Assembly: GCA_045803545.1 (NCBI GenBank)
Contig: JBJMOW010000005.1
Location: 1,312,001 to 1,376,000 of the forward strand
Length of the DNA: 64,000 nucleotides
Source of the DNA: Gemmatimonadaceae bacterium
Lineage (GTDB): Bacteria; Gemmatimonadota; Gemmatimonadetes; Gemmatimonadales; Gemmatimonadaceae
Reading direction: 5' to 3'
In this document: positions 1-8,593 of the stretch, piece by piece
Position numbering within the stretch: the stretch's first letter is position 1
Layout of the letters: every line of letters starts with the position of its first letter
Translations under genes and position numbers: made by a program
Notes under the pieces: generated by a model
Database searches by the model: none
What the model was told of the DNA's origin: nothing
What the model saw: the letters and a program-made list of their open reading frames with translations, nothing else

Positions 1-2158
1 GCGTGAGATCCATCGGAATCGTCTGACCACCTGCCTCGAGTGTTCCCTTGTACGTCGTAACGCCAGGCGTAAGGTCATACGCCGGCTTCGGTGCGCTGGG
101 CGCGACTTCCACCTTCTTCGCGACGACGACTGTCTTCGGATCCACAGTGAGCTGCGCGAGACGCGTGCTGATCGCCGGCGTCATGCTCTGCTGATAACGA
201 CCGCCCAGGTGCTTCGCCAAAAACTTCTCAGCGGCCGCAAACATCGCGAGGTTGTTGATTGGGCGCGCGAAGCCGTGGCCTTCATCCGGCGCGAGCAGGT
301 ATTCGACGGGCGATCCACGGTCGCGCAGAGCGGTGACGATCTGCTCGCTCTCTGCTTTATTCACTCGCGGGTCGTTGGCTCCCTGCACCACCAATAGCGG
401 CGCCTTGATCTTGTTCGCCGAAGTAAGGGGAGACTGGCGAATCAGCTGGGCTTTGCCGGCTTCGGTGTTTGGATTTCCCATTCGCTCGTTGAAGACCGTG
501 CGGATGGACTCCCAATACGGCGGAATCGAGTTGAGCAGCGTGATCAGGTTGGACGGGCCGACGTAAGACACTCCGGCTGCGTAGACGTCGGGAGTGAATG
601 CGAGGCCGGCGAGGGTCGCGTAGCCGCCGTACGACCCGCCCGCGATGCCAACACGCTTCGGATCTACGATGCCTTGGGAGACCAGATAGCGGACACCCTC
701 AGTGATGTCGTCCTGCATCTTCTGGCCCCACTCGTTGTTGCCGGCATTGAGGAACTTCTTGCCGTAACCGGTCGAAGCGCGGAAGTTCGGCTGCAGCACT
801 GCGTAACCACGATTGGCAAAAAACTGCGCGTATGGATTGTATCCCCACACGTCACGCCCCCACGGACCTCCGTGAATCCAGGCGACGAGCGGGAGATTCT
901 TGGCCGGCACGCCGACGGGAAGCGTGAGATAGGCGGGGATTACCAAGCCATCAGATGACTTGTACGAGATCGCCTTGACGCGCGCGAGCGATTCGCGCGG
1001 CAGCTTGTCGAATACGCGGTAGAGGAACGTCAGCTTCTTGCTATTGCGATCGTACAGGTAGCGCTCGCCCGGCTCACGATCGCTGGACGCGACGACCATC
1101 CACTCATTCTCGTCGCGAGTGGTAGACGTAATGTTGATCTCCTTCCCCGGCAGCTTGCTCTTGATAAGATCGTAATCCTTCTCCCACTGCGGATCCTTGA
1201 AGTACACCCGCGTTCGATCGTCGACGTAGGCAGTCGCGACAAGCTTGTTGGTAACCTCCGAGAAAGTCGCAGCACCGAAGTCGACGCGGTTCAGCGGATC
1301 GGATTCGACGAGCTGCTCTGACTTGGTGTTGGGATCAAAGAGAACCAACCGGGTGAGGTCTGGCGTTCCCTTGTTGGTCTCCAGGTAGAGCTTGTCGTTA
1401 GCCGCATCGAACTGAAGCGGATTGCAGGTCTCGAAGACGTTGCACGAATAGATCTGCGTGAAACCGCTCGGATCGACGCGCAGGATCTCCGTGTCACCCT
1501 TATCCGTGCTGCGTGCCGCCAGTTTCAGATTGCCGGCGTTGTCGAAGATCCAGCTCGATACACGCTCGGTGTTCTGCTTGAGCAGGGTCTTCTCACCAGT
1601 CGCGATGTTCAGCTTATACAGATCGTGCCATGCTTTGTCGCGATCGTTGATGCCGACGTACATGGTGTTGGGATCGTTGCGCGGCACGGCGTAGATTATC
1701 GCGCGAACACCCTTCGCTTCCGTGAGATTCCGGGCGGCCGGAACTTCCTGGCCTGTCGCAGCTGCGGCCGATGGATCGACGGCGTAAACGTTGAAGTTCT
1801 CGTCGCCGCCCTGGTCCTGGACATAGAGGATGTACTTGCCGTCTCTGCTCCAGAAATACTGGGTTACAGGACGCTTGATGTCGTTGGTGATCAGCTTCGC
1901 CGCCGTCCACGGCTCGTTGACGCCCTTCACCCAGATGTTGCGCGTGTCCTTGTACGGTTTGAGGAACGAGATGTATTTCCCGTCGGGCGATATCTGCGCG
2001 CCGGAGATCTCCGGATTGCCGAAAAACAGCTCGCGATCGATGAGCGGTGGCAGCTTGCCGTTCTGGGCGGGCAAGAATGCCGGAGTGGTAAATGCGATCG
2101 CAACCGCGAGAGACCAGCGTAGGGTCTGCCGCGGGCGAAGAGTGACGGGAATTCTCAT
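1..2158 (-). CDS. S9 family peptidase (prolyl oligopeptidase/acylaminoacyl peptidase-like), exported; 3' end runs off the window
   Basis: Absent from the ORF track because there is no stop in the window. Manual translation from ATG 2158 gives MRIPVTLRP...PPLIDRELFFGNPEISGAQISPDG, then VHGGPW(G), NFRASTGYGK and nucleophile motif GIAGGSYGGY near 620-650. Confidence 0.9.
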   Translation of the reverse strand, partial: MRIPVTLRPRQTLRWSLAVAIAFTTPAFLPAQNGKLPPLIDRELFFGNPEISGAQISPDGKYISFLKPYKDTRNIWVKGVNEPWTAAKLITNDIKRPVTQYFWSRDGKYILYVQDQGGDENFNVYAVDPSAAAATGQEVPAARNLTEAKGVRAIIYAVPRNDPNTMYVGINDRDKAWHDLYKLNIATGEKTLLKQNTERVSSWIFDNAGNLKLAARSTDKGDTEILRVDPSGFTQIYSCNVFETCNPLQFDAANDKLYLETNKGTPDLTRLVLFDPNTKSEQLVESDPLNRVDFGAATFSEVTNKLVATAYVDDRTRVYFKDPQWEKDYDLIKSKLPGKEINITSTTRDENEWMVVASSDREPGERYLYDRNSKKLTFLYRVFDKLPRESLARVKAISYKSSDGLVIPAYLTLPVGVPAKNLPLVAWIHGGPWGRDVWGYNPYAQFFANRGYAVLQPNFRASTGYGKKFLNAGNNEWGQKMQDDITEGVRYLVSQGIVDPKRVGIAGGSYGGYATLAGLAFTPDVYAAGVSYVGPSNLITLLNSIPPYWESIRTVFNERMGNPNTEAGKAQLIRQSPLTSANKIKAPLLVVQGANDPRVNKAESEQIVTALRDRGSPVEYLLAPDEGHGFARPINNLAMFAAAEKFLAKHLGGRYQQSMTPAISTRLAQLTVDPKTVVVAKKVEVAPSAPKPAYDLTPGVTTYKGTLEAGGQTIPMDLT

Positions 2159-2300
2159 TGGAAAGTCCGTGACGGGGGAAATGCGGAGTGCCGAGTCCAG
2201 CTGCGTGTATGAGGCAGCCTCGAACGGGTACTAACGTATAGCGCATACAAAAGTGCCACCAGCACAAATTCGACGCCTTTTATCCGAGATTACATAGCGA

Positions 2301-2930
2301 ATGTCTTCTCTCGAACCAAAAACCGTGACGATGGTTCCGACTCCGCGGCGACCGTTTGGTCCCGGAGCAATACTGGTAGTCGTAGCACTTTTGCTGTTGA
2401 TCGCGTTTGGCTATTGCGCCAGTCGAGTGGCGAGGAACCCGTTTCTCGGTCGAAGCGAGCCGGTCGTCACGCACGACATTGTCGTGCAGCAAATACGCAA
2501 CGTCGCAAAACTGGTTTCGAGCGAAGCAAGTGTGCGCGACGTCGTGTCGTATCAGAATACGTGGTACGGATCGACGAAGCGTTCGCTGGTTGTCGTCACC
2601 GGCAGGCTGCTCGCGGGCATCGACCTCAAGGACAATCCAGACGTCCGCATCGACGACGCCGATCGCCGGATCATCATTCGCATTCCGCCCGCGAAGTTGA
2701 TCGCGGTCGAGATAAAAGACATGCAGACCTACGACGAGCACGGCGGATTGTGGAATCCGTTTACGCCCGAAGATCGCGACGCGATTCAGCGACAGGCGCG
2801 AGCTCAGCTGCTCGCCGCTGGCTCGCAGATGGAGTTGCTCAAACACGCGAATGAAAGCGCGGTGGAGATGCTGCGCATGTTGCTTGCAAAGGACGGCTAC
2901 ACCGTTGATGTTGCAGTGAGAGGTACATAA
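2301..2930 (+). CDS. DUF4230 domain membrane-anchored protein
   Basis: N-terminal TM, then 'IRNVAKLVS', 'G.L.AGIDL' and 'I.I.IPPAKL' pattern typical of DUF4230. Confidence 0.8.
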   Translation: MSSLEPKTVTMVPTPRRPFGPGAILVVVALLLLIAFGYCASRVARNPFLGRSEPVVTHDIVVQQIRNVAKLVSSEASVRDVVSYQNTWYGSTKRSLVVVTGRLLAGIDLKDNPDVRIDDADRRIIIRIPPAKLIAVEIKDMQTYDEHGGLWNPFTPEDRDAIQRQARAQLLAAGSQMELLKHANESAVEMLRMLLAKDGYTVDVAVRGT

Positions 2931-2951
2931 CGGAAGTCAGCCGGAGGTTTC

Positions 2952-3605
2952 ATGAACGAGCGCGTCCCGTCTGCAGTCGCCGTCGTTTCGTCTCTGGTAA
3001 TCATCGCGTACGCTTGTACAACGGCACAAACCACCACCAACACCAATCCGTCTCCCGCGGGCGGAGTTGCCGCCAACGCGCAGGGCGGCCTCGGTGGACC
3101 CGGTGGCCGCGGCGGATTCCGGGGGCCTCTTACTGATTCGGCGCGCAGAGTGCGCGACAGTGTCACTGCGGCTCGTCGTGACAGCGGCGCGGCAGGAGTG
3201 ATGCGATTTATCGCCGGCCGCGAGAATCAGCCCGCCGAAAGCGTCTTCAAGAACATCAAGATTTTCAAAGGCGTGCCGGCGGGCAGGCTCGTCAACATCA
3301 TGAACAACGGCTTTGGCCGCTCACTGGGCGTCAGCTGCGGTTTTTGTCACGTGCCTGGCAAATGGGATCTCGACGACAAGGAAGAGAAGAACACCGCACG
3401 GCTAATGTTCGCGATGGTCCAGACCATCAATGGCGAATACATCTCCAAGGTGCCGCACGACAGCGCCAGTCCGCAGCCGGTGGTGAATTGTTTCACCTGC
3501 CATCGAGGCGAGCCGCGTCCACTGGGACCGGGCGGGCCGCCGCCGGGAAATCGGCCACCGGGAGGCCCGCCACCAGGTTCTCCGCCGCCCGCTAGCGGAT
3601 TCTAG
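2952..3605 (+). CDS. Diheme c-type cytochrome lipoprotein (CytoC_RC/PufC-like family)
   Basis: Lipobox-like IAYAC; two CXXCH motifs (CGFCH, CFTCH); 'VFKNIKIF' and 'K.TARLM..MV..IN' motifs; Pro/Gly-rich tail. Confidence 0.75.
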   Translation: MNERVPSAVAVVSSLVIIAYACTTAQTTTNTNPSPAGGVAANAQGGLGGPGGRGGFRGPLTDSARRVRDSVTAARRDSGAAGVMRFIAGRENQPAESVFKNIKIFKGVPAGRLVNIMNNGFGRSLGVSCGFCHVPGKWDLDDKEEKNTARLMFAMVQTINGEYISKVPHDSASPQPVVNCFTCHRGEPRPLGPGGPPPGNRPPGGPPPGSPPPASGF

Positions 3606-3625
3606 CCGTCAGCGCCCGGCAACTC

Positions 3626-4135
3626 CTACTGCGCCGGGCTGCCGATTTCGGCGACGAGCTTCCACTTTCCGCCGACTTTCTTCCAGACGTTGAGGAAGTT
3701 GCCGGACTGCTTTGTGGGCTTGCCTTTGACGTCCGCCGTTTGCGAGAACGTACCGTAGTCCCACGCCATCGTGGCGTCGTCGGAGAAGTTCACGCCGTCG
3801 CTGTGGAAGGTGACGTCCTTCACATTTGCCTTGACGGCCTCGACGTACGATTTCCGAATATCGGCCAATCCTTTCACGGTCTTCCCACCGCCGATCGAGA
3901 CAGCGTCGTTGTCGTAGCAGCACATGACTGAATCGACGTTTTTCGAGACCATACCGCGAATGAACGCCGAGTCATTGCCAAGTATCTCGGCGCTGGCTGC
4001 GTTGCGGTCGAAGGACTTGCCACTCGCTGTCGATGAGGCTGCGGTCGAGTCGGCCGAGGCGGGCGTGCTTTTGTAGCAGGCGGACTGAATAACCGCGAGT
4101 CCTGCAACCAAGGCGATAGTGCTCGAAATGCGCAT
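3626..4135 (-). CDS. DUF4440/SnoaL-like (NTF2 fold) lipoprotein
   Basis: Start MRISS after a GGAGG RBS; lipobox QSAC; C-terminal 'GNFLNVWKKVGGKWKLV' NTF2 signature. Confidence 0.8.
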   Translation of the reverse strand: MRISSTIALVAGLAVIQSACYKSTPASADSTAASSTASGKSFDRNAASAEILGNDSAFIRGMVSKNVDSVMCCYDNDAVSIGGGKTVKGLADIRKSYVEAVKANVKDVTFHSDGVNFSDDATMAWDYGTFSQTADVKGKPTKQSGNFLNVWKKVGGKWKLVAEIGSPAQ

Positions 4136-4159
4136 CGTTCCTCCCGGTTGGTTTAACAA

Positions 4160-4293
4160 AAGGTAGGCAGACTGCAGAGAAAGCTCAGAGGGCAGGATGC
4201 AGCGTATGATTGGCGTTTGTAGCGACTTGCGCCAGAACGCCACATTCAACGCTGGGAACCCAGTCCTGTGCTGCTCTGCTACCTGCCTACCTT
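4160..4293. repeat. Long imperfect intergenic palindrome (rod-like hairpin)
   Basis: Nested complementary blocks: AAGGTAGGCAG/CTGCCTACCTT, GCAGAG/CTCTGC, CAGCGT/ACGCTG, TGGCGTT/AACGCCA. Confidence 0.65.
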
Positions 4294-4319
4294 GCTGCAG
4301 TTTAGTCCTCAGTCCCAGT

Positions 4320-5030
4320 CTACTGCTGAAGACGGATCTCCCGCGCTCCGAACGGACGCGCGAAAGTGCCCGCGTTCGCGCGCTGGGCGAGCGCGTTGAC
4401 GCGGCTCACCGTCTGTCGAACCGTGTCGGTAATGCGATCCCACTGGCCGCCCGCGATCCAGTCCGAGGGCGCCATCCAGCTGCCGCCAACTGCGACGACG
4501 TTCTTCATCGCCAGGTATTGCGGGAACGTAGCCCCGGTGACTCCGCCCGACGGATTGAATTGGATGCCGTTGAACGGACCATTCAGCAGCTCCAGGTACT
4601 CCGTCCCGCCGAGGGTGGTGATCGGCCACAGCTTCATGAGTTTGAGGCCGGTGTCGAGCACGGCTTCGATCTCCGAGGCCGTCGCGACACCCGGAAAAAC
4701 GGGTATGTCCTGCTCGAGACAATAGTCGACGACATCGCGCTTGAATCCCGGGGAGATCACGAACTCGGCGCCGGCCGCTTTCGCCTGCTTTGCCTGCTCG
4801 ACATTGAGCACGGTCCCGCAGCCCGCGAACATCTCCGGCTGCTCGCCTTTGATCCGTCTCAGCGCTTCGAACGCCTTCGGCGTGCGCAGCGTGATCTCAG
4901 CGATCGGCAGTCCGCCGCTTAGTAAAGCACCTGCCAGCGGCAGCGCATTGTTGGGGTCTTCGATGACGATGACCGGAATGATCCGCCAGCGGCGCAGAGC
5001 TTCATTTATCGACGTTTCGTGAACTTCCAC
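4320..5030 (-). CDS. eda: KDPG/KHG aldolase
   Basis: 'EITLRT', 'GCGTVLN', 'FVISPG', 'PGVAT.SE', 'KLWP', 'VGGSW'; GTG start after GGAGG. Confidence 0.9.
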   Translation of the reverse strand: MEVHETSINEALRRWRIIPVIVIEDPNNALPLAGALLSGGLPIAEITLRTPKAFEALRRIKGEQPEMFAGCGTVLNVEQAKQAKAAGAEFVISPGFKRDVVDYCLEQDIPVFPGVATASEIEAVLDTGLKLMKLWPITTLGGTEYLELLNGPFNGIQFNPSGGVTGATFPQYLAMKNVVAVGGSWMAPSDWIAGGQWDRITDTVRQTVSRVNALAQRANAGTFARPFGAREIRLQQ

Positions 5031-5144
5031 CGTTAGTCCTCCAGACGGGCGCAGGGCGAGGGTAGAAAGGTGCACCAATCGCCGGCCTTAGAGTAGGGGC
5101 GGGAGTCTGTTACAGTTGAGTCCCGGCGAGAGTCTTGATTTACC

Positions 5145-5648
5145 ATGTCTCCCGCCGCCAGCACCGATCACACAATCCGCACGATTACCATCGACGGACG
5201 GAAGTACAACGTCGTGCTTCGCGTCGGTTACGACGGCGTTGAGTATGTCGGCAGGATGCGCTTTACGGACACGGCAAGTCCCGATCTGTCGTTCCAGGAT
5301 CACGGGTCGATCCCCGGCGCCAGCATGCTCGAGACGGTACGAAAGGCGAAGGAGTTTTCTCCAAACGAGATCGAGCAACGGCTGCATCGGGCGCTGTCGG
5401 AAAAACGTCGGTTCAACAAACTTCGCGACGCCACCGACGATATGATCAACACCATCAAATACCTCAATCGCCTCGCGATCGATATCAAGAAGGGGCGGCT
5501 CGATCAGGATGGTGGAAAGCAGGAGCTGGAAAACGTCCAGAATCAGCTGCTCGAGATCGTGCGCACCTTCCGCCACCACGCCGGTGTCGAGGATCATCCG
5601 CAAGCGAAGCGGACTCCGCGCAGCGCCAAGCGAAAATCACTGTCCTGA
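5145..5648 (+). CDS. Hypothetical cytoplasmic protein (beta N-domain plus helical C-domain)
   Basis: Fills the gap between eda and the DMT gene; protein-like composition; no family recognised. Confidence 0.65.
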   Translation: MSPAASTDHTIRTITIDGRKYNVVLRVGYDGVEYVGRMRFTDTASPDLSFQDHGSIPGASMLETVRKAKEFSPNEIEQRLHRALSEKRRFNKLRDATDDMINTIKYLNRLAIDIKKGRLDQDGGKQELENVQNQLLEIVRTFRHHAGVEDHPQAKRTPRSAKRKSLS

Positions 5649-5703
5649 CGAACTGACGAACTGATCGACTTCGCTCGCCGGACGGTCGTTATTAAGATTC
5701 GGC

Positions 5704-6639
5704 GTGACGAAACCAACCAAAGCGCAGGCGTTCGCCGCGCTCGCAGCTGCCGGCTCTCTCTGGGGAACCGGCTTTCTTTTTGGCAAGTGGGCGCTCGAAG
5801 AGCTGTCGGTCGGGGAGATGGTTTTCTACCGATTTGTGTTCGCCTCCCTTGGCTTCGCCCCCGCAGTGATCCGTGGGTTTGCGCATCCCTCATCCCGCAT
5901 CCCTCGCAACGACTTCTGGCTGATCTTCATCTGCGCGCTCGTCGGCGTTCCGATTCAGTTCATCATTCAGTTCGAGGGACTCGCCCACACCACCGTTTCC
6001 CACGCATCGCTGATGGTCGGTGGACTGCCGGTGCTGCTAGCCGCTGGATCCGCGTTGTTCGCTCACGAACGTGTGACGCTTAGTCGCTGGATCGCGCTCA
6101 TCGCATCCACCGTCGGCGCAGCACTCATCGCACTCGGCGCCTCCACCGGTGAAGGCGGGTCGCACGCAACGGTACTCGGCGATCTACTCGTCGCCACATC
6201 GTTGCTGGCAGCCGTAGTCTGGATCCTGATCACACAACGCTTGATGCGAAGCGGTCGCTATACGCCCGTCACCGCCAGTGCATACGTCATGACACTCGGC
6301 GCGGTGCTACTCGCGATCTGGGTTGTCGCGACCGAAGGACCGCCGCCCATCCATCTAACTCTCAAGACCTGGGCGTCGGTCGCCGCGATGGGACTTTGCG
6401 CGACGACGGTGACAACCTATCTGTGGAACTGGGGACTTTCGCATGTGCCGGCGTCACAAGCGGGCGTCTTCATCAATCTCGAGCCGGTGATCGGCGCCAT
6501 CCTGGGCGTGATGATCTTCAGCGACATACTCGGCCCGTACGCGCTGGTTGGCGGGGTGCTGGTCGTCGGAGCCGCGATCTACGTCGCATCGAGCGAGAAC
6601 CATCCGGAAGACCGCTCCCGCGAAAGGGCTATCGCTTAG
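5704..6639 (+). CDS. DMT/EamA family transporter
   Basis: About 10 TM segments; 'LWG', 'YRF', 'HER', 'GD', 'NLEPV' motifs. Confidence 0.9.
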   Translation: MTKPTKAQAFAALAAAGSLWGTGFLFGKWALEELSVGEMVFYRFVFASLGFAPAVIRGFAHPSSRIPRNDFWLIFICALVGVPIQFIIQFEGLAHTTVSHASLMVGGLPVLLAAGSALFAHERVTLSRWIALIASTVGAALIALGASTGEGGSHATVLGDLLVATSLLAAVVWILITQRLMRSGRYTPVTASAYVMTLGAVLLAIWVVATEGPPPIHLTLKTWASVAAMGLCATTVTTYLWNWGLSHVPASQAGVFINLEPVIGAILGVMIFSDILGPYALVGGVLVVGAAIYVASSENHPEDRSRERAIA

Positions 6640-8410
6640 GCTGATTTCTCCGCGACGGAATCACTTGCGGCGCCGTTGGTAAGCTTCGCTCCCATGCGCC
6701 GGATGTCACGACACGATTGCCACCCGCCTGCAGACTCCCGGCAAAGATCGCATACAGGTCCGAAGCCGCAGTGTTCACTCCATAACCAAGGTCTGCCATC
6801 GACCGCACGGTCATCACGCTGATCGGCATCGGCGATGCGTTCGCGAATCCCGTCATCAGCTCGGTGCCGAACGTCGTCTCGCGCCAGTGTGAGTTGGCAG
6901 TTCCAGCGCCGCCGGTGTTCTCCACCGGTACTGAGTTCAGACAACTGTTGGTGCCGCCCGTCAAAATGCAGCCGGCGATTCCACCGGATCCGAGATACCC
7001 AACGGTTGGCGTATCGAATCCTGTCAGCAAATTGAGATTGTTCCAGAAAACTCCAAATCCGAGCACGTGGAGCATCTCGTGAGTGATGACATCCTGCAGG
7101 CTGCCGGTGTTCGACAAGGTGTTGAGATCGTCGAGATCGAATTCCATCACACCAACGACCGTGCGCAGATCATTGGCGTCGCGCAGGTAGCAAGGCCCCG
7201 CTTGCGCGAGAACCTTTCCTGGTCCGTCGATTGGCTGAACCGACGCGTAGATGATCACGCCAGGTACCTGCTCGGCGAGAACCGGGATGCCGGTGACGCC
7301 GCACGTCGTTGGATCAGCGCCAGTTGCATCGACGGTTGGCACGCTTCCGACTATGAATCCTCGGATTCTTGCTGCAGCAGTGGTGAAAAACGCCTGCTGG
7401 GCGGGTGTCATTGGCGGCCCCCACAGTCGCACGTCGATCACATAGTCGGACGTTGCCGACGCGGAGACGATTGCTGATTTGCCGCTGATGCTGGCGATGA
7501 CTTGTTGTGACAATGCCGATTTGCCGAGCGTGAATCGCGGCATGGTGATACTGCCGTCCGCCGCTGCGGGTGCTGTAAAGCCGGCGAGCGCTCCCCCGCC
7601 GGTAGTCACCGAGAAATTGGCGACGACTCCATCTGCTTTGTTGCCGTACTGGTCAGCGGCGGCGAGGACGACCGGCAGCGTTAGCGTCGTGCCCGCGAGC
7701 CCGCTCTGATTGTTTCCATTTATGACATCGAACGAAACTACCGGACCGGCAGCGGCTGCAACTGTGTACGCTACTGTTGCAGCTGACGATGAAAGCGTGA
7801 GAGTCTGATTTCCTTTTACCGTCCCGAGGGTCCACGACGGCACGGTGACGACCCCGGCATTGTCGCTGGTGAGTTTGTCGATAGCTGCGCCACCACCGAC
7901 GACAGTCACGTTGACGTCGGTGTTAGCAATCGGATTGTCGAACGCATCCTTTAGAATTGCCGATATCGCTGAAGCGACCGGTTGGCCGACGGTGCCGGTC
8001 AGGCTTGTCGCTCCGGTGGCGACGAGCTTGGCCGCCACGCCCGGATTGGAGGGGACGTCGACGGCGGCGGGAGCAAGCCCACTGACGGAGATCTTGAGTG
8101 AATTGACGCCTGGTGACTTGCCGAGGGTCCAGATGCCGACAGGTGTCGTTGGAGTGGCGCTCTTGGCGGGCGCGTTGGTTACGGTCCCGCCACCGGCACT
8201 GACACTGATCGAAAGCGCGACTCCCGCAATCGGGTTTCCATTCTGGTCCTTCACGACAAAGGCCGGCTCGACCGGCAGCGGCAGTCCAGCGTAGAACGGT
8301 CCGCCCGGAGCCTGCACGATCTCAATCGAGGCCGGCTTGACGCGCGGACCGGACGAGTCACCGCAGCCAAGCGTTATGACGATGACCAGCGGTGGGAAAA
8401 GGCGTCGCAT
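6629..8410 (-). CDS. Leishmanolysin-like (M8) zinc metalloprotease lipoprotein with Ig-like repeats
   Basis: Lipobox TLGC; Big-like beta repeats; HEMLHVLGF, 'SHWRE', 'ELMTG', 'DLGY' motifs. Confidence 0.85.
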   Translation of the reverse strand: MRRLFPPLVIVITLGCGDSSGPRVKPASIEIVQAPGGPFYAGLPLPVEPAFVVKDQNGNPIAGVALSISVSAGGGTVTNAPAKSATPTTPVGIWTLGKSPGVNSLKISVSGLAPAAVDVPSNPGVAAKLVATGATSLTGTVGQPVASAISAILKDAFDNPIANTDVNVTVVGGGAAIDKLTSDNAGVVTVPSWTLGTVKGNQTLTLSSSAATVAYTVAAAAGPVVSFDVINGNNQSGLAGTTLTLPVVLAAADQYGNKADGVVANFSVTTGGGALAGFTAPAAADGSITMPRFTLGKSALSQQVIASISGKSAIVSASATSDYVIDVRLWGPPMTPAQQAFFTTAAARIRGFIVGSVPTVDATGADPTTCGVTGIPVLAEQVPGVIIYASVQPIDGPGKVLAQAGPCYLRDANDLRTVVGVMEFDLDDLNTLSNTGSLQDVITHEMLHVLGFGVFWNNLNLLTGFDTPTVGYLGSGGIAGCILTGGTNSCLNSVPVENTGGAGTANSHWRETTFGTELMTGFANASPMPISVMTVRSMADLGYGVNTAASDLYAIFAGSLQAGGNRVVTSGAWERSLPTAPQVIPSRRNQPKR

Positions 8411-8593
8411 GCGAGTTTTAAACTAGGTGTGGCGGGATCGCCAATACTCTGTGCTGACGCCCACCTGTCAAGCCTTGGGGGGTGAACAACCGATTAGAAG
8501 CGGCCGGTGCTGCTGAAACTTCCAACCCTTTTCGGGCATAAGGTATCAAAGGGGTATTCCCGGAATCCGCTAACCCTTACGGACTGCAACCGT

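Noticed and set aside
2243..2258. Sigma54-like TGGCAC...TGC on the minus strand upstream of S9
   Set aside because: GG to GC spacing is 11 nt, not the required 10.
209..2267. Many short ORFs in the track over 1-2.2 kb
   Set aside because: They are shadows of the minus-strand S9 peptidase, which the track missed.
2952..3605. Photosynthesis gene cluster
   Set aside because: Only two hemes, and no puf, puh, bch or crt genes in the window.
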